A DNA stretch of 63,683 bases, counting the filler, from Octopus bimaculoides (taxonomy: Eukaryota): NCBI RefSeq assembly GCF_001194135.2. It is 4 parts of 4 records of this genome, joined end to end, with 100 filler letters (N's around TTAATTAATTAA, not from the genome) between each part and the next. Parts side by side here need not be neighbours in the genome. Positions count along the whole stretch, not along the records: positions 35,276 to 60,559 come from NC_068982.1; 3 more parts are not named here. One strand, written 5' to 3'. Position 1 is the stretch's first letter, and each line of letters begins with the position of its first letter. The notes below the pieces were generated by a model. That model did not search any database. It was not told where the DNA came from and was given only the letters and a program-made list of their open reading frames with translations. The position numbers and the translations under genes are program-made. Of the stretch, positions 37,253 to 49,444 are shown piece by piece.

Positions 37253-40200
37253 TGCAGTATTCATTTAGAAGTGGCTTTTTCTCCATAAGTAGTAGATATT
37301 TCAAGTTGATTGAATAATATCCATTTAGTTAAATTTTTGATATAAATCCCTAAAACGCTGACAAAATAATAGGTCCTGTGAACAGGTGGAATATTTAAGT
37401 TTTATTATATAGACATGAGCATCATCATCATTTAAGGTCCATTGTCCATGCTGGCATGGGTTGGACGGATTGACTAGGGCTGGCAAGTAGGTAGGCTGCA
37501 CCAGACTCCAGTCTGGTTTGGTATGGTTTCTACAGCTGGATGCCCTTCCAAATACCAACCACTCAGAGTGTAATGGGTGCTTTTATGTGCCACTGGCACA
37601 GGTGCCAATTGCATAACATTGGTACCTGCCACAACTGCAATTTTGCTTGGCTTGTTGGGTCTTCTCAAGCACGACATACAACATAAAAGCCTACATTATT
37701 ATGACTAAGTTTGACTTTATTTTCCAAAGCAACTGACTATACTGCCATACTTTAAGTTTTGAGTAAACCTTGTCAATAATTAACACAAATTTGAAGCCAG
37801 AAGTTTTCAAGAGTGACAAAAATGATGTTGCATGGTCATGAACCATGGGTGTTGATGGAGGCCAATATAGAAAGGTCAAAAGGAAACAAAGTGAACTTGC
37901 ACACTAACATTGCACATTCAATGAAGTGCAAATGAACAAAGAAAAACTTAGTATAAGAGGAGCCAGCTGTAGTATGCAAGAGAAGCTTGTGCTGGTATGG
38001 ACATGTGGATATGTATAGAAATGCTGAGTGATCCAGGTAAAAGGAACTTGTGTCAGAACACTCATTTCTTTCATAGGGCAGCTGAGAAAGAAGTAGTGAA
38101 GGCTTAAGTAGATAAGGGATTGCATCAAGTGGCTAGACACTGCTGGAAAAGACTTATCAGGTCCATATAAACAGAAATTGATGGACTTACAAGATTTTCT
38201 AAGATATTGATGGAAAACAAACAAGAAACCAAGGTGTTTGCACATTTCTGAAAGGTATTAATGACAAAGTGAAATTTTTCTAACTTGAAATCAAAACCAG
38301 GACATTGGATCGTCCAGGGTTTGCACATTTTTTTCTGACAGTGTCTGGCCCATTATCTGTTAGAAACAAATCTAATTTTCTTGTAAACCTTGCTATATCT
38401 CATGAAGCTGTTGAGAAAACTGAAATTGAAACTGAAGTAAATATCCTGCCTTTTTTGGGGGGGGTTCGTAATCTGTATGCATTGTGCCATTTTTTTGTTG
38501 TTGAAAGAAAATATAAACTACTTTTTTGTGTCAGTCAGTTTAACTTTTTTAAATAGAACTTAAAACTGGATATATGTATTTCTTTGGAGTCTAGATCAAG
38601 AGTGATGGTAGTGAAATGAATTGTTTATAGGCATCAAAATTTGTGGTTTAGTTTGGTACTATAAAACAGCTGAGTTTCAATGTGGCTGATAGGAATATTC
38701 CTGAGAAAACTACAAGTCTTGCTCTCTCACTATGCATATACAAGACGCTAATCAATTTAGTTTAACTTCATTATACGGTCAAGATATTAACAGAGTACTT
38801 TGTACTTTTTTATCGTCTACTGTTGTAAAATTTAGCACTTAAGTTTTAAATCATTAAAAGCATGGCAATAGCTCTTCAGTGAGATTTGAGCAGATTGGTG
38901 AAGAGTAGAATCAAAGCAAGTTAACATTTTGTTACCATATTTCTGTAGAAATATGTTGCTTTTGTTTCAATTGATTTTGAAACTGAAGAATTCAGTAAAT
39001 ATAGTTTATTCATCATCATCATCGTATAACGTCCACTTTCCATGCTAATATGGGTTGGACGATTTGACTGAGGACTGGTGAATCAGATGGCTACACCAGG
39101 CTCCAATCTGATTTGGCAGAGTTTCTACAGCTGGATGCTCTTCCTAATGCCAACCACTCCTAGAGTGTAGTGGGCAGAACATACAATACTATGTTATTTT
39201 GATAAAAGGTTTTAATTTAGATTATTTTAAACAGGCAGATTGTGATATAGAACCAGGGGCAGCCTTCCGTAGGTTATTACCAAACGGGTTGAAGTATATA
39301 TTCATTATACCAAGCTTTATCAGAACTATGTTTAGAGACAATAGTATTGGTTACTGGTTCTGAATCTAATATTTAAACATACATTTACAGGACGTACTTT
39401 ATCACTTTCCCCATAGCTGTGGATGCTAGTNNNNNNNNNNNNNNNNNNNNNNNNNNNNNNNNNNNNNNNNNNNNNNNNNNNNNNNNNNNNNNNNNNNNNN
39501 NNNNNNNNNNNNNNNNNNNNNNNNNNNNNNACTGCAGTATTCATTTAGAAGTGGCTTTTTCTCCATAAGTAGTAGATATTGCAAGTTGATTGAATAGCAT
39601 CCATTTAGTTAGCATTTTAGGGATTTATATAAAAAATTTGACAAAATAGTAATAGGTCCTGTGAACAGGTGGAGTACTTAGGTTTTGTTATCTAGACATG
39701 AGTATCCTCATCATCATTTAATGTCCATTGTCCATGCTGACATGGGTTGGACGGTTTGACCAGGAAGGCTGCATTAGACTCCAGTCTGATTTGGCATGGT
39801 TTCTACAGCTGGATGCCCTTCCAAATACCAACCACTCAGAGTGTAATGGGTGCTTTTATGTGCCACTGGCACAGGTGCCATTTGCATAACATTGGTACCT
39901 GCTACAGCTGAAATTTTGCTTGGCTTGTTGGGTCTTCTCAAGCACAACATATGACATAAAAGCCTACATTATTATGACTGTAAGTGACTTTATTTTCCAA
40001 AGCAATTGACTATACTGCCATACTTTAAATCTTGGGTTAGCCTTGTTAATAATTAACACAAATTTGAAGCCAGAAGTTTTCAAGAGTGACAAAAATGATA
40101 TTGCATGGTCATGAACCATGGGTGTTGATGGAGGTGAATATAGAAAGGTCAAAAGGAAACAAAGTGAACTTGCTTCATTGAATGTGTAATGTTAGTGTGT

Positions 40201-41687
40201 ATGATGGATGAAGTGCAAATGAACAGAAAAAAACTAAGTATAAGAGGAGCCAGCTGTAGTATGCAAGAAAAGCTTGTGCTGGTATGGACATGTGGATATG
40301 TATAGAAATGCTGAGTGATCCAGGTAGAAGGAACTTGTGTAAGAACCCTCATTTGTTTCATAGGGCAGCTGAGAAAGAAGTAGTGAAGGCTGAAGTAGAT
40401 AAGGGATTGCATCAAGCGGCTAGACACTGCTGGAGCAGACTTATCAGGTCCATATAAACAGAAATTGGTGGACTTACAAGACTGTCAAAGATATTGATGG
40501 AAAACAAACAAGAAACCAAGGTGTTTGCACATTTCTGAAAGGTATTAATGGCAAATAAAGTGAAATTTCTCTAACTTAAAATCAAAACCAAGACATGGGA
40601 TTATCCAGAGTTTGCAGATTTTTTTTTGTGACAGTGTCTGCCCCATTGTCTGTTAGNNNNNNNNNNNNNNNNNNNNNNNNNNNNNNNNNNNNNNNNNNNN
40701 NNNNNNNNNNNNNNNNNNNNNNNNNNNNNNNNNNNNNNNNNNNNNNNNNNNNNNNNNNNNNNNNNNNNNNNNNNNNNNNNNNNNNNNNNNNNNNNNNNNN
40801 NNNNNNNNNNNNNNNNNNNNNNNNNNNNNNNNNNNNNNNNNNNNNNNNNNNNNNNNNNNNNNNNNNNNNNNNNNNNNNNNNNNNNNNNNNNNNNNNNNNN
40901 NNNNNNNNNNNNNNNNNNNNNNNNNNNNNNNNNNNNNNNNNNNNNNNNNNNNNNNNNNNNNNNNNNNNNNNNNNNNNNNNNNNNNNNNNNNNNNNNNNNN
41001 NNNNNNNNNNNNNNNNNNNNNNNNNNNNNNNNNNNNNNNNNNNNNNNNNNNNNNNNNNNNNNNNNNNNNNNNNNNNNNNNNNNNNNNNNNNNNNNNNNNN
41101 NNNNNNNNNNNNNNNNNNNNNNNNNNNNNNNNNNNNNNNNNNNNNNNNNNNNNNNNNNNNNNNNNNNNNNNNNNNNNNNNNNNNNNNNNNNNNNNNNNNN
41201 NNNNNNNNNNNNNNNNNNNNNNNNNNNNNNNNNNNNNNNNNNNNNNNNNNNNNNNNNNNNNNNNNNNNNNNNNNNNNNNNNNNNNNNNNNNNNNNNNNNN
41301 NNNNNNNNNNNNNNNNNNNNNNNNNNNNNNNNNNNNNNNNNNNNNNNNNNNNNNNNNNNNNNNNNNNNNNNNNNNNNNNNNNNNNNGCTGGATGCTCTTC
41401 CTAATGCCAACCACTCCTAGAGTGTAGTGGGCAGAACATACAATACTATGTTATTTTGATAAAAGGTTTTAATTTAGATTATTTTAAACAGGCAGATTGT
41501 GATATAGAACCAGGGGCAGCCTTCCGTAGGTTATTACCAAACGGGTTGAAGTATATATTCATTATACCAAGCTTTATCAGAACTATGTTTAGAGACAATA
41601 GTATTGGTTACTGGTTCTGAATCTAATATTTAAACATACATTTACAGGACGTACTTTATCACTTTCCCCATAGCTGTGGATGCTAGT
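37253..41687. repeat. About 2.27-kb tandem duplication split by gaps (possible uncollapsed haplotypes)
   Basis: 37253-38370 resembles 39533-40656 with scattered differences; 39130-39430 appears identical to 41387-41687. Confidence 0.8.
37421..37680 (-). mobile_element. SINE or short retroposon with RTE-like tail, family D (also 39009-39176, 39706-39952, 41387-41430)
   Basis: Minus strand ...GGAAGGGCATCCAGCTGTAGAAAC...CAACCCATGCCAGCATGGA...TTAAA(TGA)n. Confidence 0.7.
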
Positions 41688-44600
41688 GTTAATGTTGATT
41701 CTCGGTGAGCTTACAAAAGTAGCAACACTGGAAGAGGTAGGAAGAGGCTAATTTATGGATTTGTCGATGTTCACCTTCCAACTTTGATCTGACATGACTT
41801 CCATTTTTGTTTTTTTGTAGTTGCTTTAATTATATCACTTTGAACCCCCCTCTACAACTCCTCACTTCAATCCCCCCCCCTACTTCCACTCCATACACAT
41901 CGTTTTCTCCTACTTCCATTTCTCCAATCCCCATCTTTATTTTCGCCCTCCCCCCATTTATTCCTTCTCCACCTCTCAATTTTCTCATTAACAGGAATAA
42001 ATGCTACAATAAAATAATAAACAAATATGTGCAAGATACTTCAATCTTTATGTCAGCTTAATATTTAAGGAATTTATTGATTTCAGTAACATGTTTGAAA
42101 TCAAGTTTATATATTTCTACATTTTTTCTTAATCAATTTTTCTGTTTCTATTTATTTATTTTCAGAATCCTCCCTCTCCAAATTAAAATTTGTTTTTGAG
42201 GTTTATATCATTTTTTTTATTACAATTTCTTTTGCTGTACGTTACTACACTTCTCTCCATTGTTATCTTTTCATTCACTCTCTCCTTCATCCTCACTTAA
42301 TTTCTCAGTTCATTCTTTATCCATCTCTTACCACCTCTCTCTTTCTCTTTTCTTCCTACCTCTACAAAAACAAACAAAAAAACCTGTGAGAAGAGTAAAT
42401 TTATAAATTGTATTTGATTCCAGTCTGTGTAGAGTGGGTGTATGTTTGCTTGGCTGGTCGGTCGGTTGGTACAAAAAGTAAAAAAAACGGAGCTAGGGAA
42501 ACTCACCTCGAAAATTTTAACAGGTTTGTTGTTCATGGAATGTATGGTAGGATGGATGGGAACAGTATAAAATACAAAATTTATATATAAAAAAGAAATT
42601 TAAATTACAATTAAAATCGTAAATAGAGAAAGTAAAAGAGACCATAAAAAAAGTAGCGTCTTGGTTAACAAGAAATGACACACACACACATACATACATA
42701 TATACATACACATATATACATATACATACACATATATACATATATATATACATATATACATATACATATACATATATACATATACATACACATATACATA
42801 TATATAAATTAATATTTAATAGAAGTAGGTGGTAAGCTGGCAGAATCGTTAACCTGCTGAGCTAAATGCTTAGCTACATTTCATCCGTCTTTATGATCAG
42901 AGTTCAAATTCTGCCGAGATCGACTTAGCCTGTCATCCTACCGGTGGTCGATAAAATAAGTACCAGTTGAGCACTGGGGTCGATGTAATCGACTTACCCT
43001 CTCTCGTGAAATTACTGGCTTCGTGCCAAGACATGAAACCAATATTTAGCAGAAGCAACTAAGAGTTTTGTGCGTTAGCACCACCACTTAAAAGGAGCGA
43101 TAGAACATGCACTTTTAAGTAATAAGTATTACCTTATGGCATTAATACTGCTTCTGTCGCCACTAATCACTCACACATACATATATATATATGAGCGTAA
43201 TGTTGGTTGGAAAGATGGCTGCGGGTTGACTAACACCATCACTACGATTCATAAGTGAACTGATGTTTTCGATCAACAGCTAACTTTCCTCACAAGAGAA
43301 AAACGGTCGATCGATTATTCTTCTGACAAGATTTTTCAGTACATGGTGATGTTGAGGCTGGTAAATATAATTGGTGGTGATAATGAAGTTATACTGGCGG
43401 TGGAGGTGGTGGTTAATAGATAGCAACAGTGGTGTAGTTGTTACTTCGTCCCAGGTCAGATCTAAACGAGTAGATCTATGAAGGCATTCCAGCCATGACA
43501 CCCTGTCTTTTTCCTGTGTGTGTAGAAAGAATCCACGACTACATTACACTTATTTTTAAATCACAGGATGAGATTTGGCTGCTATTCCTAGCAAATTGAG
43601 TGGTTATATACAACCACTTCTTGGATCGTAATAACAGTCGTAATAGTGATGCTAGTAATAGGTGTAGTTATGGTGATATTAGTAATGATAATAATAATAA
43701 TAGTGGTAGAGTTGGAGTAATAAANNNNNNNNNNNNNNNNNNNNNNNNNNNNNNNNNNNNNNNNNNNNNNNNNNNNNNNNNNNNNNNNNNNNNNNNNNNN
43801 NNNNNNNNNNNNNNNNNNNNNNNNNNNNNNNNNNNNNNNNNNNNNNNNNNNNNNNNNNNNNNNNNNNNNNNNNNNNNNNNNNNNNNNNNNNNNNNNNNNN
43901 NNNNNNNNNNNNNNNNNNNNNNNNNNNNNNNNNNNNNNNNNNNNNNNNNNNNNNNNNNNNNNNNNNNNNNNNNNNNNNNNNNNNNNNNNNNNNNNNNNNN
44001 NNNNNNNNNNNNNNNNNNNNNNNNNNNNNNNNNNNNNNNNNNNNNNNNNNNNNNNNNNNNNNNNNNNNNNNNNNNNNNNNNNNNNNNNNNNNNNNNNNNN
44101 NNNNNNNNNNNNNNNNNNNNNNNNNNNNNNNNNNNNNNNNNNNNNNNNNNNNNNNNNNNNNNNNNNNNNNNNNNNNNNNNNNNNNNNNNNNNNNNNNNNN
44201 NNNNNNNNNNNNNNNNNNNNNGTGAAATGAAGGCGTTTTGCTCAAGAACACAACGCATCACCCAGTCCAGGAATCGAAACATTAATCTTCCGATCATGAA
44301 TTCAGTACCCTAACCACGAAGCCATTTTAGACCGATAGTAGCCTTGACCACTTAAAAAGGTTTTGGCATCTATATATATTTGAAATTCTAAATATAAGTG
44401 ATAAATTATAAAATAATTATCTATTTTTCAAAATGAAACAAAACAGTAAAATGGAAAACGTTTATTTTTGCGTACTTCCATTTGAAAAATTTTGTTTTTC
44501 TTAATTGCAAAGTCTGATTAGATCCTCAAAATTAATTTTACGTAACTCACCTGCTTCTATACTTCGTAGAGATAAGGCATCCTGAATACTATTTTAGCAA

Positions 44601-44794
44601 GTTAAAAGTGATTTCTTTTGTGACGTAAACTAGTTACTATTTCTGTAGCGCCACCCTCTTTCTTGATCGCCTAAGCACGTGCTTATTTTACTTAATGGCT
44701 AATTCAGCGCTATTATAGGGAGTAATTTTTTTAGAAGTAAATAGGTTAAAATAGATATAATAGACTCCACCTGCTAACTCATACGCTTGAGGTT

Positions 44795-45225
44795 TTATTC
44801 TTATTTCTTTATTGCACACAAGGGGCTAAACATAGAAGGGGACAAACAAGAATAGACAAAGGAATTAAGTCGATTACATTGACGACAGTGCGTAGCTGGT
44901 ACTTATTTAATCGACCCCGAAAGGATGAAAGGCAAAGCCGATCTCGGCGGAATTTGAACTCATCAAGAAAGAAATGTTTAGTTATACAACTTTGAAAGTA
45001 CTTTTAAATTATTTTTAAAAATGCGATTTTTTTAACGAGGCCTCACCGGATTTGAATCAAATTCTAAGACATTCGTCATAAATATAACCATTTGTCCAAT
45101 TCATAAAGATCCCCGACTCCAGTCTCTTTCTCTTTCTCTCTCTCTCTCTCTCTCTTGAACTCAGACGAAATACCGCTAAGCATTTCGCCCGGCGTGCTAA
45201 CGTTTCTGCCAGCTCACCGCCTTCT
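44795..45225 (-). mobile_element. Family C SINE interrupted by a 190-bp insert
   Basis: SINE sequence stops at 44960 and resumes at 45155; TTGAACTCA duplicated at 44954-44962 and 45155-45163. Confidence 0.8.
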
Positions 45226-45791
45226 TGAGGTCTTATTCTGTTTGAATAGCTATGTGTTTGGGTTAAGGTTGCGAGCTGACAGAACTGTTGGAGCGTTGGA
45301 AAAAAAATGCTTTTGCGATATTTCTTCATGACGTTCCGAGGTTGATTTTTGCCTTTCATCCTTTCGGGGTCAATAAAATAAGTACCAGTTGAGCACTAGA
45401 ACTTGATGTAACCGACTTACATTTTCCCTTTAAAATTGCTAGCCTTGTACCAAAAATTGAAATCATTTGCTGAACTTTCTTGTTATCAAGTCCCTGAATA
45501 ATTGAATCAGCAATGCACTGGATTATTAACAGAGGGTACACTGGTTCGTGTCATGTCAGAGTTGTTGGGTTATGCCTCTGAGCAAAAAGACATTTATCCA
45601 AGTCGAGCGATTGCATAGCGGTTTCCTTCGTGGATTGCTGCATGCAGCGGTAGATCCTCACAGTAGAATCGATGAGGCCTCCATTATTTTACAGCATTAA
45701 GTTAGATTTCTTCTGCAGGAAGTGTTTGTTTACAGTAAATCAGCGTTCTACTCAGTTGGAGATTTGTCTTGGCTTAAAGCTATGGGAAGCC

Positions 45792-45826
<35 letters not shown>

Positions 45827-45988
45827 CTGGAGTCGGGGATCTTTATGAATTGGACAAATGGTTATATTTATGACGAATGTCTTAGAATCTCATTCAAATC
45901 CGGCGAGGCCTCGTTAAAAAAATCGCATTTTTTAAAATAATTTAAAAGTACTTTAAAAGTTGTATAACTAAACATTTCTTTCTTGATG
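44961..45988. repeat. About 195-bp near-identical inverted repeat pair (44961-45155 and 45792-45988)
   Basis: CATCAAGAAAGAAATG...CCCCGACTCCAGTC(TC)n versus (GA)nGACTGGAGTCGGGG...CATTTCTTTCTTGATG. Confidence 0.9.
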
Positions 45989-46147
45989 TGTGCAAATAAA
46001 AACTATTGAACAATAAGACATCTATTCATTGTCAATGCGTTCTGGCAGAATCGGACATAAATAGCCGATCGTTGTAGCTTTTCCGTCAACGAAGAACAAC
46101 TCCTTAAAGATGCGATTCATAACATACGTGATTCACTGGTGTTAAGG

Positions 46148-46199
46148 ACTAAGACACCACGGTGTTTCGACCTTAAAGTATGCTTGCCTCATCAGCCAA
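46148..46199 (-). ncRNA. Type I hammerhead ribozyme motif
   Basis: Minus strand: TTGG-CTGATGA-GGC AAGCATACTTTAAG GTC-GAAA-CACC GT GGTG-TC-TTAG. Canonical core, 5-bp stem III, GUC triplet; stem I is weak (mostly G.U). Confidence 0.7.
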
Positions 46200-46925
46200 A
46201 AATACCCCTCAAACCAATGAATTCGACAAGCGCACGAGCTCATTTATAGAACACACATCGTCTAAAGCAATGGTTCTCAACTAGGCTCTATATGACCCCT
46301 GTGGGTCCATATTAGATTTTGTTGTTAAAGATTATGTTCATCAAATTGGTTATACATCTACAATTCACGAAATAATTTTTTAAATACAATTCCTAATAAT
46401 ATTTAAGTATAAAAATATAATAGGATCTTTTAAAAATATGAATTAGCTTTGGGGGTCCAGTAGAGTAAAATAGGAATCAAAGGGGTCCATAAGCAAAGGG
46501 GTTCACTAATCTAAAAATGAAAAGTATAAAAAAAAAATAGTGGTGGGATCAAATGTTTACATTCAAACCTGCCAGAATGTATCAAGAAAGACCAGATGCG
46601 TTGTTTGGATTTCCGCTGTTGTGCATTACACCTACCAGCGTAGCCAGAGTGTATGCCAACCGGGGCGGCCCTTCCGTTTGCCGCTCCCGGGCCCACACCA
46701 AAAACACATTGCCGACAGCAATAGCCAACAACAGGATGAAAAATGCCGCCCCTTTAAAAGTGCCGCCCGGGGATGGGGGGACTGCCCCCACCCCTACGTC
46801 AGTGATTACTCCCCATGAATTATCATTAGTCTGGCAGACATCAACACGCTTCAGCACATAATTTGTCTGCCGATTCCTATAAACAAGAGCTCGTGCTCTC
46901 GTGAGATTAATTAGTCAAAGAGGTA

Positions 46926-46976
46926 GCTTTGTCTGAGGAGACACAATACGTTCGAAAAACCACGGTGTTTCAAAGT
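46926..46976 (+). ncRNA. Hammerhead-like motif, diverged inverted copy of the 46148-46199 motif
   Basis: GCTTTGT-CTGAGGA-GACACAATACGTTC-GAAA-AACCACGGTG-TT-TCAAAGT. Core boxes in the right order, stem I GCTTTG/CAAAGT; mismatches at 1.1/2.1 and 15.2/16.2 and a weak stem II. Confidence 0.5.
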
Positions 46977-47579
46977 CCATTAATATCGAGGGGTCATTGT
47001 GCTATGAACACACATTATCTAAAGAGAAGATATCTTCTACGTTGACACCACGCGTACAACGATCTGATATTCCCGTTCAAATCTGCAAGAAGTATTCAGA
47101 ATGACAACACGCATTATTGTTTGGATTCTTGTTACTCTGCGTATACTCCTTAAATTATAATTATCAGTTCTGTCCTCAAATAGTAGAATGACTAATCACT
47201 TTCTGTGCACAAGTGGCTAAGTGCAACCAGTTTTTCTAGCGACAGAGCAATTCTCAGTTCATTTTTGTTTCTCTTCAACTGTGAAAATTATCTTTAGCCT
47301 GAGTAATTTGGAACCATCAATTATGACAGCTGTGAAATTGCTTCTGCATTTGACAAGCGGAATAAATCTTGTCAGGGAAAATGATTTTGATAGATCACTT
47401 TGGCAAATTTGTTCTTTTCCTGATTAATTCTGCTTGCTGTAGATGTGGAAGTGCTTCAGGTCACCTCTGATTAAAGAGCATCTAAACAATACTCTTTTAT
47501 TAACGTAAGTTTTTGCTAACAGCTCCTAAATGAGCTAAAAAAAAAACATTGTTTCTAGTATAACTGAATAGTCTTTTCT

Positions 47580-47738
47580 TCTCTAGGCACAAGGCCCGAA
47601 ATTTTGGGGGAGGGGGGCCAGTCGATTAGATCGATCCAGTACGCAACTGGTACTTAATTTATCGACCCCGAAAGGATGAAAGGCAAAGTCGATCTCGGCG
47701 GAATTTGAACTCAGACCGTAAAGACAGGCGAAATACCG
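47580..47738 (-). mobile_element. Family C SINE, 3' remainder of the copy split by the ORF1-only element
   Basis: Minus strand starts CGGTATTTCGCCTGTC...GAGTTCAAATTCC, exactly continuing the head broken at 49445. Confidence 0.8.
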
Positions 47739-49444
47739 ATATTTTTTATTAGGCATAAAGCCCTAAACATAGATGGGACACCACAAGGACAGATAAGACC
47801 ACAGTGGGGACAAAATACTTAAAACGAATGTAAATGAAATGAAAGTTATATAAAAATGAAAATGGACGCACGGGCCCCACTCTCATGCAGTACCATTTGA
47901 ACCGTTATATGTATTATTTACAATTGTTCTTTTTTCCTCCCTTCTAATTTCATACTTTTGTTTTGTCTTTAGTAGAACTTCGTTAGTGGTTCGATATCTC
48001 TTAAATCCACCACTGGTGGCAATTCTTTAAATTCCACCTCCAATCCTGGCGGGTCAACGTTATCTCCACACATCTCTTTCAATTTTCTGTAGTTTTCCTC
48101 TTCGATCAATATTGCCTTCATATCCTCCGCATAGACGTATGAAGGCACCTTCACTCTTACTATTGAGTGTAACTATTATTTTTTTCTCTGTTTCAACATT
48201 TTTGGGGTACGTTACATAATACCATACTTCTCCTCCTTGTATCTTCTTTCCTTTCTCTAAGGACTGTTGGTTCTCTTTTTTTTCCTCCATAAATAGTCTC
48301 TCCTTCTCATATTCATACAGTTGGGTTTCCGATATTTTCTCCACTGGTAACTCCAATTTTTGACTTTCTTTTTCCTTCCTACTGCCCTCCTTCACAGTTT
48401 CTTTTCTCACCTCTTCTCTCTTCTTTTTCTGCTTCTCTGGCGGAGAACTTATTCCTCCGCTCCTCCTCTTTTTCTTTTTAAACATAGTGAATCCCTTCTC
48501 CGCTTTTTTTTTTCTGTTTCTTTTTCTGTTACCTTGTCCTGTACTACCTGGTCCACATTCTCCTGTCTCTCCCCCTGTTCTGTTTGTGGCTTTCTGTGGG
48601 TGCACCATGCCTTCATGTGGCCCCTTTCTCCACGTATGAAACACACTGGCGGCCTACCCTCCACAATAACTCTCAGATCTTCTGGCAGCATAACCTCCTC
48701 CACCACACTGTTCAAGTCCTCTGTTGTTGCCTGAATTGTTAATTCGATCCCATATCCCCAGTAATCTACCTTCTGGGTCCTTGTAGCCTTCATTATCTTC
48801 CCGTCTTTCATATTATATATTATGGCAGTCATCAGCCATTCTTCTTTCAATTCGGGTGGCACCTTACCCACTCGCACCTTGGCCACACGTTTGCCGCAGT
48901 ACAAAGGCAAGATCACCTATTCCTCTGTCCTTATTGCCTCTGGAGTGCTTTATTGCTTCCTCCTCCGTTGTGATGCGCACCTCCACAGTGGCGTATCTTC
49001 TCCCTCTCGTAATGTATGGTGTGAATCTTTTTATATTCTTAACACATTCCTCTATGGCCTCTATTGGTGCTATTTCTAACTTTCTCGTGGCTGCCTTCAT
49101 GGTTTTAAATATAACCGTTCTTCTTATCACGTTGGCCGATAGCTCTTCAGGTGGTGTCAGCTTCAAAATGTTTCCTTCTTTTGTGATTAATTTCTCACTC
49201 TCCATCTTTCTAGGCTCCACTTTTATCTTGTGGACCTCCAACTTTCGCGCATCTACTCCTTTGCCCGTTGCGGCCGCATAACTTGGGCCTACCTCCGGCT
49301 CCTTCTCCATTTTCCCCACAACGGGAACCAAAACAACAATTAACGAATTAACAACTTTGGCAATAATTCGAACAACAATTTAATCAACAATGGCAACAAT
49401 TCAATAAGCAGTTCAACATAAACTCACGTATTAACTTTACAGAG
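47739..49444 (-). mobile_element. Second ORF1-only non-LTR retroelement, frameshifted, inserted into a SINE head
   Basis: ORF pieces 49331-48864, 48916-48449, 48644-48060 and 48154-47969. LPLYCGKRVAKVRVGKVPPELKEEWL...VIVEGRPPVCFIRGERGHMKAWC aligns with LPTYLGRRASRVWVEGIPPEIDVAWI...VRVEGRIPRCFKCGQKGHIRAKC of the 52-54 kb element. A-rich 3' end; ACCG duplicated at 47735-47738 and 49445-49448. Confidence 0.7.
47969..49331 (-). pseudogene. ORF1/gag-like zinc-knuckle pseudogene (about three frameshifts; second Cys mutated to Arg)
   Basis: Overlapping ORF fragments in different frames; degenerate knuckle CFIRGERGHMKAWC. Confidence 0.65.

Noticed and set aside
37077-37304. Minus-strand ORF MKYLLLMEKKPLL... 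with a GTAAG donor-like site as an exon of a second gene
   Set aside because: No recognisable domain, no partner exons, and it lies in the duplicated repeat-rich block.
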